Of a stretch of 64,000 nucleotides of DNA, positions 47,954-62,597 are shown piece by piece. This DNA is from Macrostomum lignano (lineage: Eukaryota). Each line of letters opens with the position of its first letter. The first letter of the stretch is position 1. Location of the stretch: the NCBI GenBank assembly GCA_002269645.1, contig NIVC01000620.1:248001-312000 (forward strand), given 5' to 3'. The notes beneath the pieces were generated by a model, which had not been told where the DNA came from, searched no databases, and worked only from the letters and a program-made list of their open reading frames with translations. Position numbers and translations under genes: made by a program.

Positions 47954-50900
47954 ATGACAACGGAGATTCGATCTGTAACGGGTCATTGGACTCGACCTGA
48001 CACTGGACTGCATGCCGCTGCGGCTGCCGCTGCTGCCGCCGCTGCCGCTCAGGCATCGTCGCCGACTCCCAGCCATCACCAGCTGATGTACGACTGCGAC
48101 TCCCCGACTCTGCAGCAGCAGCAGCAGCAGCAACATCACTTGCTGCAGGGAAACTGCAATGCTGTGGGATCCGCAACCGTCATGGGATATCAGCACCTGC
48201 CCGCTGCCTATCAGTACAGTGAGTCTAATTGATTGCTGACATTCTGTCACTCCCGTTCTGTCACTCCCGTTCTGTCACTCCCGTTCTGTCACTCCCGTTC
48301 TGTCACTCCCGTTCTGTCACTCCCGTTCTGTCACTCCCGTTCTGTCACTCCCGTTCTGTCACTCCCGTTCTGTCACTCCCGTTCTGTCACTCCCGTTCTG
48401 TCACTCCCGTTCTGTCACTCGATTCGGGCATGCAGCTTAAGCTTCTAACCATGCAGCATCCATCAATCCACCCTATATAGTAAGTTAGCATTTCGTCACT
48501 AGCAAGTGCTGACAACAGTCAGTCAGTCACTAAATTGTATACATAATCTTCTTTCGTTGGTTAATTAACTATTTTGACTTGGCCCCTGTGTTATGATAAT
48601 CATAGTTAGAGTCAGAAAATTGTTAAGATTTTCTTCTTTGACTTTAGCTGCACTGGTCAGGAGAGTTGGTTGGCCATCTGCAGTTGTGTGTGTTTATTAC
48701 TTTGGCAGCCACCAGTTGCAGGGGGTCTTGGATTCTGCACGGTTCTAACTATATACACACACACTGGAGAATATATTAAGAATTCTTGAACATCAATCGC
48801 AAGCAGGGCAAAGCAGCCAGTTGCATCAGTACCTACCAACGCCATCTTTATCGCTCCTAGAAGATCTCGATTCTCATCCTGCTGCAGATCTGTATACAGA
48901 TTCTGCTTTAGCAAACAAATTCAAAATTGTTGCTATTGGGGGGTTGCAGTTGGCAGCGTGTGGTTGGGTTGGGGCTGATTTAGAAATATTTTGCTATTTA
49001 GCCATCGCGTGTTTGGGAGTTCAATGGTGCAATTCAAGGTACTGCAAAGCATGCCGAAAGCCAAACAGCATGCATGCAGTTAATCTTTCATCTATATCTA
49101 TTGCTAATCCCGTCCCCAATCCTGTAGCCTTCGCGCCGTTCTGGGTGGCTTCCCCACTGTGTCCAGGTTCAAAATATTCGACTTAGAAGCACGGATTTTC
49201 AGCACAATAAATAAATGTATCCCACGAATGCAAGGCGCGGAGAATATTGACTATAGATTCGCGGAGATTATGAGTATTCTCTGCTCCCTGTATTGTCTAT
49301 GGTAGAAGAAAGTGTTCAATCAACCTCAATCTGTGGCTCACGGCGTTAATTTTATTGTCTATGGCAGCGGAGGAGATTTGCCATAGACATTCTCCGGGTT
49401 AGATTATACATTTAGTCACAATCGCAAGCCCTAGCGAGAGCATTAGGGTAAATAAGGTTCTGTCTGGCCATAGACAAACTCGGGGAAGAAGATTTTATTC
49501 TACCCAAATTTGGAAGTTTAGTTCAACTGGTTATCTCCGCAAACGAATACTAAGCCTTACAAACTGCCAGCATTTGGTTGCCATTCGATTCACCCTTTCG
49601 CCGATCTTTGCTTTGGTTTTCTTCAATCCAGTAGCAAGCAGGCGTTACACGCGAAGATGGAGCTGTCAAGATAATGTCGACTATATGTATATATAGACCC
49701 ATTGGCTATTGCAGATTCTACAATAACAGGAGTTCCTATCCCTATACCCATCACTATTAAGGTAGATTATTGAAAGTACAAAATAAAAAAAAAGAATGAT
49801 TACTTTATTCAGCAGAGTATGCGGGATGTTGCTAGTGTGTTAAAATTATCTGCGTGAGGCTAAGCCCGACTATCGTATATCTATGAACAGGAAAGATCTG
49901 AAAGCCAGATTAGAACATGGAAATAGTAACATGTGCTCAAAATCCGACCGATTTGCTCACTTTAACCACCCACATTGTGTTGGCGTGGACTCTCTGCAAC
50001 TCAAAGCCACCTGGCGCAGGGGCGGCGAAGAAGCCACGCAATGTGGTCAGTATATTTAGCGGCCGAATCGACAGACGCGAGTGATGATAAGCATCTCGGA
50101 CATTGTGAATGAACGCCATGCATGCAGAGGCCGCGCGGTCCAACCACCCGAGACTAAAGGCAAAGCGTAATGACTGGTGGGTGGGCCGGACGACGAGATG
50201 GGGGCTGAGGTGACCACAGTAGCGGCCGCTGAGCTCGATTCTCTCTTTTCTTTCAGTTTCAGTCCCATTTTAGGCGCCTTTAAAAGTTTCTGTTAGTCGC
50301 CTTCTCACCCACTTTTGAGGGTACCTCACCTGACATCGCATTTTAGGTCAGTCTGACATCTTATTTTAGATCAGTCTGACATCTTATTTTAGGTCAGTCT
50401 GACATCTTATTTTAGGTCAGTCTGACATCTTATTTTAGATCAGTCTGACATCTCATTTTAGGCCAATCTGACATCGCATTTTAGGTCAGTCTGACATCTC
50501 GTTTTAGGTCAGTCTTACATCTCAATTTAGGTCATTCCTGACATCTCGTTTTAGGTCAGTCTGACATCTTATTTTAGGTCAGTCTGACATCTCGTTTCAG
50601 GTCAGTCGGACTCTGACATCTCAATTTAGGTCATTCCAGACATCTCATTACCGGCTTATTAGAGAACAAATGAGATTTGTTTTAAGTTCGACTTATATTG
50701 AGATGGATAGCGAGAGAGAAAAAGCGTAACTCATATGAAACAATATTTTAGAATCCGACTCGGAGAAGTGGTCCTCCTCTATATGACCAGCGAATAAGGC
50801 TCATAAAACTTGTGACTTTAAACAAAAATCCTGCAGCATAAAAAGGAAACTCGAACTCTATTTTATGACTTCTTGGTCGGTTTTAATCTGGAATCTTACT

Positions 50901-53900
50901 CTACGTAATCAGAGATGCCAATCTATAGCCTCTTTAATGGTTAGGACAGGTCCCAGACTCTGTAATCTACATGCTTTCAACCTGTACAAAAAAAGAGTTT
51001 CAAGAGCCATCAAAACTCTGTGTTTTAGAGTAATAAGTGATAAAAGACAGTTTGTCAGGCAACACACGGATTAGCTTACTCCTTGACTTGTTCTGCCTTT
51101 TTATTGTCAGGCGAACAGCAATTGTTGCTTCAAAAGTTTTATAGCGGCGCCAGAGTGTGTGTAGGTATGGCCTGATCCCTGATCCCCTTCAGCTCAAGCT
51201 GATCCTGGATCAGCTCAGGTTACAAATCGAATCGTCTCTTCTTATCAATGATTTTCAATCTTAACCCAATCTAACACTCTGATCTCACCCGTCTCATCTC
51301 ACCCGTCTCATCTCACCCGTCTCATCTCACCCGTCTCATCTCACCCGTCTCATCTCACCCGTCTCATCTCACCCGTCTCATCTCACCCGTCTCATCTCAC
51401 CCGTCTCATCTCACCCGTCTCATCTCACTCGTCTTATCTCACCCGTCTCATCTCACCCGTCTCATCTCACCCGTCTCATCTCACCCGTCTCATCTCACCC
51501 GTCTCATCTCACCCGTCTCATCTCACCCGTCTCATCTCACCCGTCTCATCTCACCCGTCTCTTCTCACCCGTCTCTTCTCACCCGTCTCTTCTCACCCGT
51601 CTCTTCTCACCCGTCTCAACTTAGCCGTCGTATCTAAACCACAAAAGTCTCATCTCATCCCTCCTATCTTGCTCGCCTCTAATATCTCAATTAGCCGCCA
51701 ATCTTGTCAACCTTTTTTATAATTTCCCCAACAAAAAATTCTCAAAGGATTCCCAAAAAAGCTAAAAATTGCATTGCAGAATTTCAAAAAAACTTTTTTT
51801 TGCTGCTCAAGCCCCCAGACCTCCACAAAGACGAGATGAGCATGCAAAATGCAACAGAAGGACTGAAATCATTTTTTTGAATAATTAAATTAGCATTCCT
51901 TGTCTGCCCTGTCTTGTCTTTCTTTGGCGGTGTTTTGAAAATATGGCTGCAAAAAATGATTTTAAAAAACTGGTAACCTACCATACAAACCCGCACCCCA
52001 TAACAGCAGAGCTGAATGTGTTGCCAAGCTGTTCTAAATTGTCATGTGTTACAGAAAACTTCAAACATCTGTGAAAGAGACTGAAAATCTACAGTTATTA
52101 TTGAGAGGGGATTAGCCTGATGAGCAACAGGGAACCACCAAACCCCATGGGAAAAGCGAGTTGGGGGGAGCAGAATTTTTGAGTAACACACGAGTTTTTC
52201 AGCTTCATATTTATGCTCAACTTTTTACGAGCTGCTTCTTTCATTCTGGCGAAAGAAGGTTGTTCTATATATAATAGATCTAAGATCGGATGTTCTATAG
52301 ATCTAGTTCTATAGATCTAATCTTCGTATCGTATAGATCTAAGATCAGTTTGTCTATAGATATAAGCTTTGTTGTTCTATAGATCTAAGCCTGGTTTTTC
52401 TAGAGATCTAAGCTTGGTTGTTCTATATATCTAAGCCTGGTTGTTCTATAGATCTAAGCTTGGTTGTTCCATAGATCTAGTTCTATAGATCTAATCTTCC
52501 TATAGATCTAAGATCAGTTAGTCTATAGATCTAATCTTCGTATAGATCTAAGCTTGGTTGTTCTATAGATCTAAGCTTGGTTGTTCTATAGATCTAAGCT
52601 TGGTTGTTCTATAGATCTAAGCTTGGTTGTTCTATAGATCTAAGCTTGGTTGTTCTATAGATCTAAGCTTGGTTGTTCTATAGATCTAAGCTTGGTTGTT
52701 CTATAGATCTAGTTCTATAGATCTAATCTTCGTATAGATCTAAGATCAGTTAGTCTATAGATCTAAGCTTGGTTGTTCTATAGATCTAAGCTTGGTTGTT
52801 CTATAGATCTAGGCCTGATTGCTCTATAGATAAAAGCCTAATATGCTAAGAACTCATTAATCTTTTAAATTATGGATCTATTATAGATCTAGTCAAATAT
52901 CTCTATAAGAAATTTTCATTTCCTTGACAGTTGGCAGTTGGGCTGACAGTCTGGTTTCCTGCATCGAGGAAGCAATTGTCGCTATTTTTTGCAACAAGAA
53001 CAAGACCAACAAAAGTCGCTTATTTCATTCAGTGCACTGCGAGTCTGTAGAGACCCGGATCAAAAAAAGGTTTCAACACAACAGAGAGGCGCCAGCGGGT
53101 CTGGTCTGAAAAGGCAAAAGCTTTAGTAATAAGTAATATAATAACCATAGAAGCCTACTTATTGCATTTCCACCTAGCACTATACCCGAGGAGAGAGAGA
53201 GAGAGAGTATTGGGAAGAATTTCAACACGGGGGTGTCTGACTGACAAGAGAGGCATGCAGCATGGGGGGGGTCTCGTGGCGCCGAACAGAGACCATCAAA
53301 ATTGCAGCGCAAACAACCGAGGCACAGAGCCAAAATTTCAAGTCCTCTCTCTCTCTCTGTTTGACAACCTCCGCTTCTCCCCCCTGAGATTCCTTCATAA
53401 CTTCCCAAGAGAACGAGGTGGAACTCGCTTTCCAAATGATCGCAAAAGGACACCAAGAGTTGGGACAAAGACCTGACCATAACGGGGCGGTGTTCATAAC
53501 TCGGGTATATATATATACACAACCAGTACCGCATTCCCAACCATATAAGCGAAAAAACTATCAACCTGAAGTGGAGAGAAAGCAACAGTCTGCCTACAAG
53601 TTGTTTGCCAGATCAAACGGTGCTTAACAGAGATTAGTTTGTAGTTTTGTACAGCATGCTTACAGCAGCAAATTTTACCGCATTCGGTCCCATCCCGATG
53701 CTCGTGGCACCGGCTCCGTCATCGCTGTTTTATTCCGCAGATCATCAGCAGTACAACCGATCGTCCGCTCAGAGATTTGCCTGGATGTCAGCTCAGCAGC
53801 AACAACAGCAGCAGCAACCGCAGCAGCAGCAACATCACCAGTGGTTTAGCCAGCACGGTCTTGGGCATCAGCACTATCAACAGCAGGTGCAGCAGCAGCA

Positions 53901-56900
53901 GCTTCCATTCGCCACAGCTGGCACTCCGGAGACTCCACCGGCAACTATTCCGGTGTCAGTCGGCTTCATCAACACCAGCAACAGCGGCAACAACTGCAAT
54001 AGCAGCAGCTACCTGCAACATGCCGCCTATCAATCATTCTTGAACGGTGTCTCCGGCTCCGCCTCCTCCACTGGCATCTCTGTCAAAGGTGAGCCGCCAG
54101 AAGGCCTGTCGCTGCCGCTGTCGCGGTCGCAGAACTCGGCGGCCCTGCACGAGGAGGCGTCCGCGGTTGACCTGTTGAACAACCAGAGCGGCAGCAACGA
54201 TCACGAGACCACGGCGGCTACCGACGATCGGCGAAGGCGGAGCAGCACCGAGGACCCCGGAGATGTCACTAGCGGAGTGCCGGAGGAGCAGGACGAGCGG
54301 GAAGACCCGGACGACGTCAGCTGCTACCATGACGGAGCCTCAGCGGCTGTGGCGGCGGCCTCAGCCCAGCAGTCGTTGGCTTGGGCAGCAGCTGCAGCCG
54401 CAGCAGCGGCCTCACAGCAGCATCAGCAGCATCAACAACAGCAACAGCAGCAGCAACAGCAGATGCTGCAGACTCCGCTGCCTCATCACCAGATCAATGG
54501 TCAGCATCTTCTGCTTCCGGAGCAGCAGCAGGAGCTTCAGCTGCAGCAGCAGCAGCATCAGGAGCATCATCAGACACCACAAAATCAGATTCTGCCTCCC
54601 CTACCGCCGCCAGCGTCTCGGCAGACTTCCACGGGTAAAAAGTCTGGCGGCGGAGGCGGCAGCGCCGCTACGGAAGGTCGCGAGTGCGTCAACTGCGGCG
54701 CCACCAGCACGCCGTTGTGGCGCCGAGATGGCGCCGGTCACTACCTGTGCAACGCGTGCGGCCTCTACCAGAAGATGAACGGCAGCGCCAGACCGCTGGT
54801 GAAGCCCAAGAGGAGGCTGGTGAGTGGCGAGTTTGGCTAACTGCTGGGATCTGTGAATGGGTTGCTCAGTGGCGCACTTTAAGCGACATTGTCACACAAC
54901 CGGCGAGAGGCATTGCTGCCCATTCTGCCGACTCCCCTAAGCAAGTATACAAGCGCGCGGATACAGCCCCAACTTTATTTATCGTTAGGCATGTACACTT
55001 CACTGTGCCTTGGGGGTTGGCCCTCAAGGCCGTTAATTGCGAGAGCGGAGCCAAGCCGAGATTCCAATTCAGCCCCAAATTAATGTGACTGCACTTGGAA
55101 TCGAGCCTGGGCCGCTAAGCACCATAGCTTTCAAAAATTTCAAATTTTAATGCAAAAGCAATTTTCTAAACCAACTTCAATATTTATTCAGACCAGTACT
55201 GCACCGTGACTGCAACAAGAATCCTAAAATCCATCACGTCAACAGATTGATAAATCTATGCAAATTTCAAAGCTCACAAAAGCCAACGAAAATCCCTAAA
55301 AAAATAAAAAAATACTTCACTCATTATTAAGCTTCCTTAAATATTCCTCAGTGATGTTTCTTCAGCCAGAGCTTCAGACCCAACAATTGACCCATCAACC
55401 TTATAGCGCCGGTGTGTTTGCAGAATGGAAGCTGAAGTTTATCTGTATCGGCGCATCGGGTCTGCTTTCCTCCTTTCCTGCCCACCTCTCGTTCAGAGAG
55501 AGGTCCATGAACCCACGGAGGCTTGGGGCTTGAGGTAAATTTTATCAGCTCAACCATCTCCAAACCTCGACCTAGGCAAGGGGGGCGCGGCCTCCGGTTT
55601 TCTCCACTTTTCGTGGCAGGTCTCGGCGGGAGGTCCTCAAGGGGGGGGGTATTTCATGCCGACAGGCACAGACCAACAGAATGCCCATCAATTCTCTATT
55701 TATTCTTTCATTCGATGATTCCTTGAATCGTGAACCCCATACCCTATCCCAGTCTCGTGTACCACCAGAATGATTGTTAAATTTAATAATAAATTGACAA
55801 CAATTATTCAAATCAGTTTCGAACTCTGTTCCCCTCTTTGCCTCTCTCCTCTCTCCTCTCTCTTCTCTCCCTTCTCTCTCCCTCTCTGCGTCCTCTCCCC
55901 GTGTCTCCCCATCCGCTCTCTCCCTTCTCTCCCTCTCTCTCCTCTATCTCCTCCTCTCTTCCCTCTCTCTAGCCTCTCTCTCCCGCTCCCCTCTTTTCTC
56001 TGGTCTTCCACAAAAAGCACGGCGGATCTGCACCACCGATTAGGATAATTACATATTAGGGAAAGGTAACTAGGTAGATTTGACAAGCGCCTAATCGTCT
56101 TGTTACCAACGACCAAGTTTCGACGCGGTCTGCAGAGCTTCCTTTTCAACTCTATAGGCAAGACACAATGGAAGCGCTGGATTATGAAAAAACCACCAAG
56201 TGTACGGGCTGTCAAAGATGAGGGTTAAAAGTCGATTAAGCTGTCAAAAGGTGGCGGGAAGTGACTGTAAGACCGGACTTAATTAAGGGGTTTCTCACGT
56301 CGCTTTCGTCCGACTGGCTAAGCAAAGTTTTCAGCAAAATTAACGCACTGGAATACATTTCTTCTTTTTTGCAGACAACCACCCGCCGGGTTGGCATCAT
56401 CTGCTCGAACTGCAACACAACATCCACCACTCTCTGGCGCAGGAATGGCAACGGCGAACCCGTGTGCAACGCATGCGGTCTTTATTACAAGCTGCACAGC
56501 GTGAGTTGCCGGAATTCGGTGGTCTTTGTTGTCTCAAGAAACATCCTTCACATCCGCTGAAGTTCCGCAGTTTATGAAAAATAACAATAAATCATAGAGC
56601 ACAAGACCGCGTTTTAGAGAGTCTTTGTTTCCCAATTGGCTCCATTATTGCGAGGTCTTTGTTGCAAATTAATTCGAAAAACTTGTTAAAAGAACTGTCA
56701 GTTAGAATAACAAAATTTTCAAGGCCACTGTCGCAGTGTGAGAGTATTTCCACTGATTGGTATACTTACGGAATTAAGTATTTAAAGAGCAATTTTCTAA
56801 ACATTTCCTATATTCATAAAGCGCACAGGATTTCAATTAAAAGCCTCTAACTAGGAGTTAATTGCTGAAATTTAATGCTGCAGATAAGATTAGCCATTGA

Positions 56901-58034
56901 CTTTAAACTTACAATTTTAGATTTTCTAATAATTCCTCCAAACTATAACAATACCAAATATTCATCTGGGTTCAGCAATAGAAGTTCCATTAGAATCCCC
57001 ATTACAACCCTCATTAGAATCCTCATTAGACTCCTCATTAGAATCCTCATTAGACTCCCCATTAGAACCCCCATTAGAATCCCCATTAGAATCCCCATTA
57101 GAATCCCCATTAGAACCCTCATTAGAACCCTCATTAGAATCCTCATTAGACTCCTCATTAGAATCCTCATTAGACTCCCCATTAGAACCCCCATTAGAAT
57201 CCCCATTAGAATCCCCATTAGAACCCCCATTAGAACCCTCATTAGAACCCTCATTAGAACCTCCATTAGAATCCTCATTAGAATCCTCATTAGACTCCCC
57301 ATTAGAACCCCCATTAGAATCCCCATTAGAATCCCCATTAGAACCCCCATTAGAACCCTCATTAGAACCCTCATTAGAACCTCCATTAGAATCCTCATTA
57401 GAACCATCAATAGAACCCTCATTAGAACCATCCAACTAACTCACTGCAGGTGAACCGGCCGGTCTCAATGAAGAAAGACGGCATCCAGACTCGAAACCGA
57501 CGACTATCGCAGAAGTCAAAAAAGCGACGTCGATCAGGCGGCGGCGTCGGTCCAATCCCCGGCGGCGGCGGCGGTTTGATCAGCGCCGGTTCCATGTCGA
57601 TTGTGGGCGCGGATTTCAGCCACCACCATCATCATCATCACCACCAGTTCATGGACTCGCACCAGTCCGCCACCGACTATTTGCACAAGTTCGGCGCCGC
57701 TCTGTCGGTCGGACCGCCGACAGCCTCCGTGATCCCGGCAGCGTCGGCCTACTACTGGCACGGAGCCTACGGCAGGGCGGCGGCCGCCGCGGCTGCAGCC
57801 TCCGGCCAGACAGTGACGCCTCATCATCAGCAGCAACAGCATCACCAGTTCCAGCAGTATCCGCAGTCGCAGCCTCATCAGCTTCATCAGCAACAGCACA
57901 GTCCAATGGGCTACGGACTGCAGACTCCTCCAGCACCTGGCCTGATGGCAGCTGATCATTCATCGGTTGCAGCCGCAGCCTACATGTCGCAGCACCCGGC
58001 AGCGCATCCCTACCCCACCAACTTGACCATTTAG
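47954..58034 (+). CDS. GATA123: Dual-zinc-finger GATA transcription factor, GATA1/2/3 class, about 684 aa; exons 47954-48218, 53741-54819, 56375-56500, 57450-58034
   Basis: N-finger [28 protein letters not shown] and C-finger [38 protein letters not shown], YYKLHxVNRP and IQTRNR are GATA123-type (GATA456 has TRKR). Introns after KRRL and KLHS are at the conserved GATA positions. The exon1-exon2 phase-1 join is in frame; exon 1 is less certain than the finger exons. Confidence 0.9.
48237..48420. repeat. 14-bp minisatellite (tctgtcactcccgt) starting about 18 nt after the GATA exon-1 donor
   Basis: About 13 units. Confidence 0.95.
50328..50648. repeat. 23-bp minisatellite (gacatcttattttaggtcagtct) in GATA intron 1
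   Basis: About 13 units. Confidence 0.92.
51285..51617. repeat. 14-bp minisatellite (ctcacccgtctcat) in GATA intron 1
   Basis: About 23 units. Confidence 0.96.
52265..52830. repeat. 23-bp minisatellite (tatagatctaagcttggttgttc) in GATA intron 1
   Basis: Core tatagatcta with variable spacers. Confidence 0.93.
55830..56000. repeat. CT-rich low-complexity tract in GATA intron 2
   Basis: Direct reading. Confidence 0.8.
56985..57430. repeat. 12-bp minisatellite (cattagaaYccY) in the 3' half of GATA intron 3
   Basis: About 36 units ending about 20 nt before the acceptor at 57449. Confidence 0.96.
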
Positions 58035-58569
58035 TTAAGCAGTAAAACAAAAACACAACGCGGAAAAACAAATTAACGACTGCTTTTTTTGCCTTTTATC
58101 TGTCGGATTTTAATGTCGACTAGCTGATTGTCAAGTTCTATCCATATGTCTATTTTTTGTTCCATCATAATTGCTCCATGGAATTAATTTGACGAAGGTC
58201 AATAATAGTCAATTTTTACGCAACAATTAAAATGCAATAAATTTGTTTAACCTGTTTCATTTGTTCCATTCAAATTTAGCAATAACTTTTGTTATAAATT
58301 TGCATCATTTTTTTCGGTTTGTAAAAAAACAAGTTGATTAAATTTGGCAATTGCATGTTTCGATGAAGATTTGGCAAATAATAATTCGAACGCAATATGA
58401 TAAATTGATAGTTGTATTTTAATTTTGTATCACGCTGCCAGCTCTCAAAGTCATTTTCCAATTGTGTCTCGTGTAGTCAATAATCAATTGAGTGATTTTC
58501 CATTTACCAAACTGACTTTAATCGGTCTTGGAAAATACTCGTAACTCTTTGATTTAAAAACAACTATAA

Positions 58570-58655
58570 TAGGCGCCAAGCTTAAGATAATGGTCGCTAA
58601 GCTTAAGATAATAGGCGCAAAGCTTGTAAGATAAAGGGCGCCAAGCTTACGATAA
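58570..58655. repeat. Short degenerate ~21-bp repeat (aataggcgccaagcttaagat)
   Basis: Four imperfect units. Confidence 0.7.
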
Positions 58656-59854
58656 TACAGTAACTCAAATTCGATCTATAATCTCTAAGCTTAATCTCTA
58701 ATCTCTAAGATAGATTATGATCGAGAGGGCAACCTCTAGAGGTCCTTGACCACCTTGACCAGCACTATCGATTGGTTCGATGGGGTCTCCATTGTAGAGG
58801 GGACGGCTGCCCCCTCGCTCTTGCCCCCTTCCTTATGGCTCCTGACCCCCTTCCAGAGTGATCATGCACATTCCCGCTCGTTCGCACCTCCAAAAAAGCA
58901 AGCAACACACCATGCACCCATCCCAGAAGCAGGCCAAAAGAATGTTTCAATTATATACGACTTGACTTTACTTCGTGCCCTATCCGTCTTGATCTGTTTG
59001 CTTTTGGTGCGGGGCTTACAATACTGTGTTGCTGGTAGACAGTTCATTCTCATTTCTTTGTTGCCGACCTTGTGCTTGACTTGCTTGGAGGAGGAACAAG
59101 GGGAAGCTGATGATGATGATAGCCCCCCCCCTCCAAGAGAAGCTGGAAAAACTAATTTTTCCTAGCCAAGAAACAATTGTGTCACATCCCGCGGGTCTGT
59201 CACCAGAGATCGCGTCCTGTGCGTTCCTGTTTGTCTTTTGTCAGGTAAATATAATTGCATTTCGGGCAGGTCACTACAGCCAGAGCCAGAGCTAACAGCT
59301 GGGAGGCTGGGAGCAACATAGGCTGATAGAGATCGAGCTAAGAGGGGCCTGCAAGGGGCTGACAAATCAATCATTGAAAGACTGCATGGTTTAGTGAAGG
59401 ATGCAGAAAATTGTATCCTTCAGCTGAAAGACCAATTCAGCGTGCCAAAGTGGACAAGAGGAAACAGCGCCAATCCCCAGATTCTGATCCCCGGCAGCCA
59501 CTATAGTGTCACGTATTAGCACGTTCCCTCCCTCGCTTCATACCGTATTGAGCGTGTTCGTTTGCGTTCAAGTGAATTTAGTTAACACCTGGAAGATAGG
59601 AATTTTCTTTGGGCATTTTCGGTCACATCAGCTGAGATCTTCCCGATCTACATCACTTTCTCCAGGTGGCGTATATCGAAGAGATACAGAGGCTTGTCTG
59701 ACCCTACAAGCATCAGTTGGTACCAACTCAAGTTTTTATAGGGGCCAAGTTGAGGGCTTGTTTTGTCCTCCAAATTGTCAGTTTATTTGGCACTAAATAA
59801 AAAGTTCTTTTAAAAGTTTTTTAGGTCGCTAAATTGAGAGTTTTCGGCCAAAAA

Positions 59855-60345
59855 ATCAATTTGGCGCCAAATTGACAGTTTCTTTGGAGCCAAACTGAGA
59901 ATTTGTTTGTAGACAAGTTGAAAGTTTGTTTGGCGCCAAATTGCAAGAATTTGTTTGGCGCAAAACTGAGGGCTTATTTTGGTGCCAAATTGAATGTTTG
60001 TTGAGCGTCAAGTCGACAGTTTGTTTGGCGCCAAATTGAGAATTTTTCTGTCGCCAAGTTGACAGTTTGTTTGGCGCCAAATTGAGAATTTTTCTGTCGC
60101 CAAGTTGACAGTTTGTTTGGCGCCAAGTTGACAGTTTGTTTGGCGCCAAATTGCGAGAATTTGTTTGGCGCAAAACTGCAAGGGCTTGTTTGGCGCCAAA
60201 TTCAATGTTTGCTGAGCGTCAAGTCGACAGTTTGTTTGGCGCCAAATCGCGAGAATTTGTTTGGCGCGCAACTGAGGGCTTGTTTGGTGCCAAATTTAAA
60301 GTTTGTTGAGCGTCAAGTCGACAGTTTGTTTGGCGCCGAATTGAT
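59855..60345. repeat. Irregular array built around the palindrome tttggcgccaaa
   Basis: Seven perfect palindromes plus several variants, linked by gacagtttg / gagaatttg spacers. Confidence 0.88.
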
Positions 60346-61969
60346 AGTTGAGGTTTAAACAAAAGGAGCGCGGAGAGGAGTGGAAGCTGAATCTGAAAGC
60401 TAGGTCACAATGGATCGAAATTAGGCTTGAATTCAATTTAAACCTAGACAAGAGGATCGAATAAATTTCCTGAAAAATGCCCCCACCTTTTGTATTTGCC
60501 CAGTGGCCTCAGATTGGCATCTGTATACAATGTCCTGTGCATTACTTGGCTATAATCACTTAGCTTTAAATTGCTTGGTACTAATGGACACCAAAAAGTT
60601 CTATGCACGCTTGGTGCCAAATACAAATTTTATGGTTAACTCTCCCTCTGCCACTCTCCCCTCTGCCTCCCTCTCCCCTCTGCTAGCTACCACTCTTCCC
60701 AAAATGTTCATCAGAAAAATTCGCCCAATAGTTCATTGCACATTCACTGAATGGCGTCAACAGTGGCATTTAATATTAATTCGTAGCAACCCCATTCTTA
60801 AAATAGAACTTCTCACGAAAAACGCTCAGATCCTACTTTTAGTAGCTAAGCATGCATTGTTTAACTTTGTATTTTAGTCAGTAATTAAATTGACTGGATA
60901 AATGAATAGTTTTAAAAATGTAAAAAAGATAAAATTTTTTACTGCAAAGAGAGGAACTCTAATTTTTAAAATGAAGAAACAAAATTGATATAAAAGAATT
61001 GTTATAATACGTTGTATTCTACGCGGGAAACGTTTCATGTAAACCCAAAATCCTAATTTTAATTTACTATACTGTAACGAAATGAATTGCCGATACTAAC
61101 ACTTGAACTTTCAGCCGTCGAGAGTGCCAAGTCAGAGCGCGAACTCTTATTAACAATCGATGATTTATATTTATATTGGTTACTTATCAGTCATTAAAAC
61201 AAAAGTTTCATTATAAAATTATCTTGCAAAATAACATAAATTACATACAGTAAAAAGTACAGTGAGATAAATACAATATAAATACTATAATACCAATACA
61301 ACCTGATAAGAGTAAATACGAAATTATTTACTTTTAAATTACATACGCAGATATGTTACAATACTAACCCAAGCCAGACGAAAGGGCGGGCAGACGAAAA
61401 TGACCGCGCCCCACACAGCCAGCCATGCCAGCTGTCTAGCTAGCACCAGACACGCCAATCCAAGGGCCAGATGACATTGGCAAATCTAGTTTATTTTTTG
61501 AGAATTAAACTTTAAAAGTTATTTTTGCTTAGATTTTGAGATTAAAAATCAAAGTTTTTGCTGCATTATTCAGCAGCAGTGAATTTATTTTCTTCACAAA
61601 TAAATTTTTGGTTAGAAAAATTTTCTAACCTTAGCTTAGCCTTAGACCTTTTGCCATCTTTATTTTTAGTGCTAGTAAGCTAGATTGAATTGGCGTCCTA
61701 AGCCTATGGCTATGCTATGCATAATCCACAGATTCTAGAATTCTAGAAGCTAGAAGAATTCTAGAAGCTATAAGATTCCATTGCCACCTATTTTTCAAAC
61801 TCTAGCAATTATTTTCAAGATTACAATCTATATTAAGCAAAAGGCCTTTTATGTTTGATAAAAAGGTTTCAACCTACTTCGGCAAAAGAATTTTTGGCGA
61901 AAGTCAATAACGGCGAAAAATACTTTCGCAATGACCATTTCGTTTAAAGCTGACCATTTCGGCGAAAAA

Positions 61970-62120
61970 TCTAATATACTAAAAATGGTCTGTCTGTGTC
62001 TATCTATCTATGTGATCGATTAGAGAAAAAATGGCTGGACCGATTTTGTTCGAACTTGCACTATTCGATCAGAAATTTTCTCGTGACTGTACATGCATCG
62101 TGGCTAAGAAATTGCTCGAT
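61970..62120 (+). mobile_element. Possible 5' end of a non-autonomous Helitron-type element
   Basis: A|TC start (tctaatatactaaaaatg), short gtct/ctat microsatellite, then ggctggaccgattttg; resembles invertebrate Helitron-N 5' ends from memory. No 3' hairpin/CTAG found. Confidence 0.4.
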
Positions 62121-62597
62121 GCTAAAGGCATTAAATATTCAAAAAACATGCTTTTTTGCAAAGGTCAAGCAAACTTTTCGACTTGAAATGCATTGTAAGA
62201 ATGCTAGCAGAAAAACTGACTGGTTGAATTCTGATTCTGAAATAGATTGCATCATAACTGAATTGTAACTCCGACTTGAATTGAAAATGCAGTGTGGAAG
62301 CGTAGCACCAGACTTGATTTAAATTGCGTAACCATATTGTTAACTGATACTGACTGACTGAGAAACTGATTATGTCATAACTGCTTTGTGTGATTTACTC
62401 TATGCTTGGATTTTCAAGTGTTGAATTATATAAGTGCAAAATTTGATGTTATCAAAACGATGAGAGCTAGCCTAGAGGTGAACAAACTGAACTGCTAAAT
62501 GCAGCGACGATGGTTCGAATTTTCATAGAGTATAATTTTTTTAATTAAAGCTTTTCAACGTCAGGAAAACTAAAAGACTTTTTAAAAAGAAGCGTCA

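Noticed and set aside
56943-57453. [10 protein letters not shown] / IRIP repeat ORFs resembling ice-nucleation or structural proteins
   Set aside because: 12-bp array wholly inside GATA intron 3.
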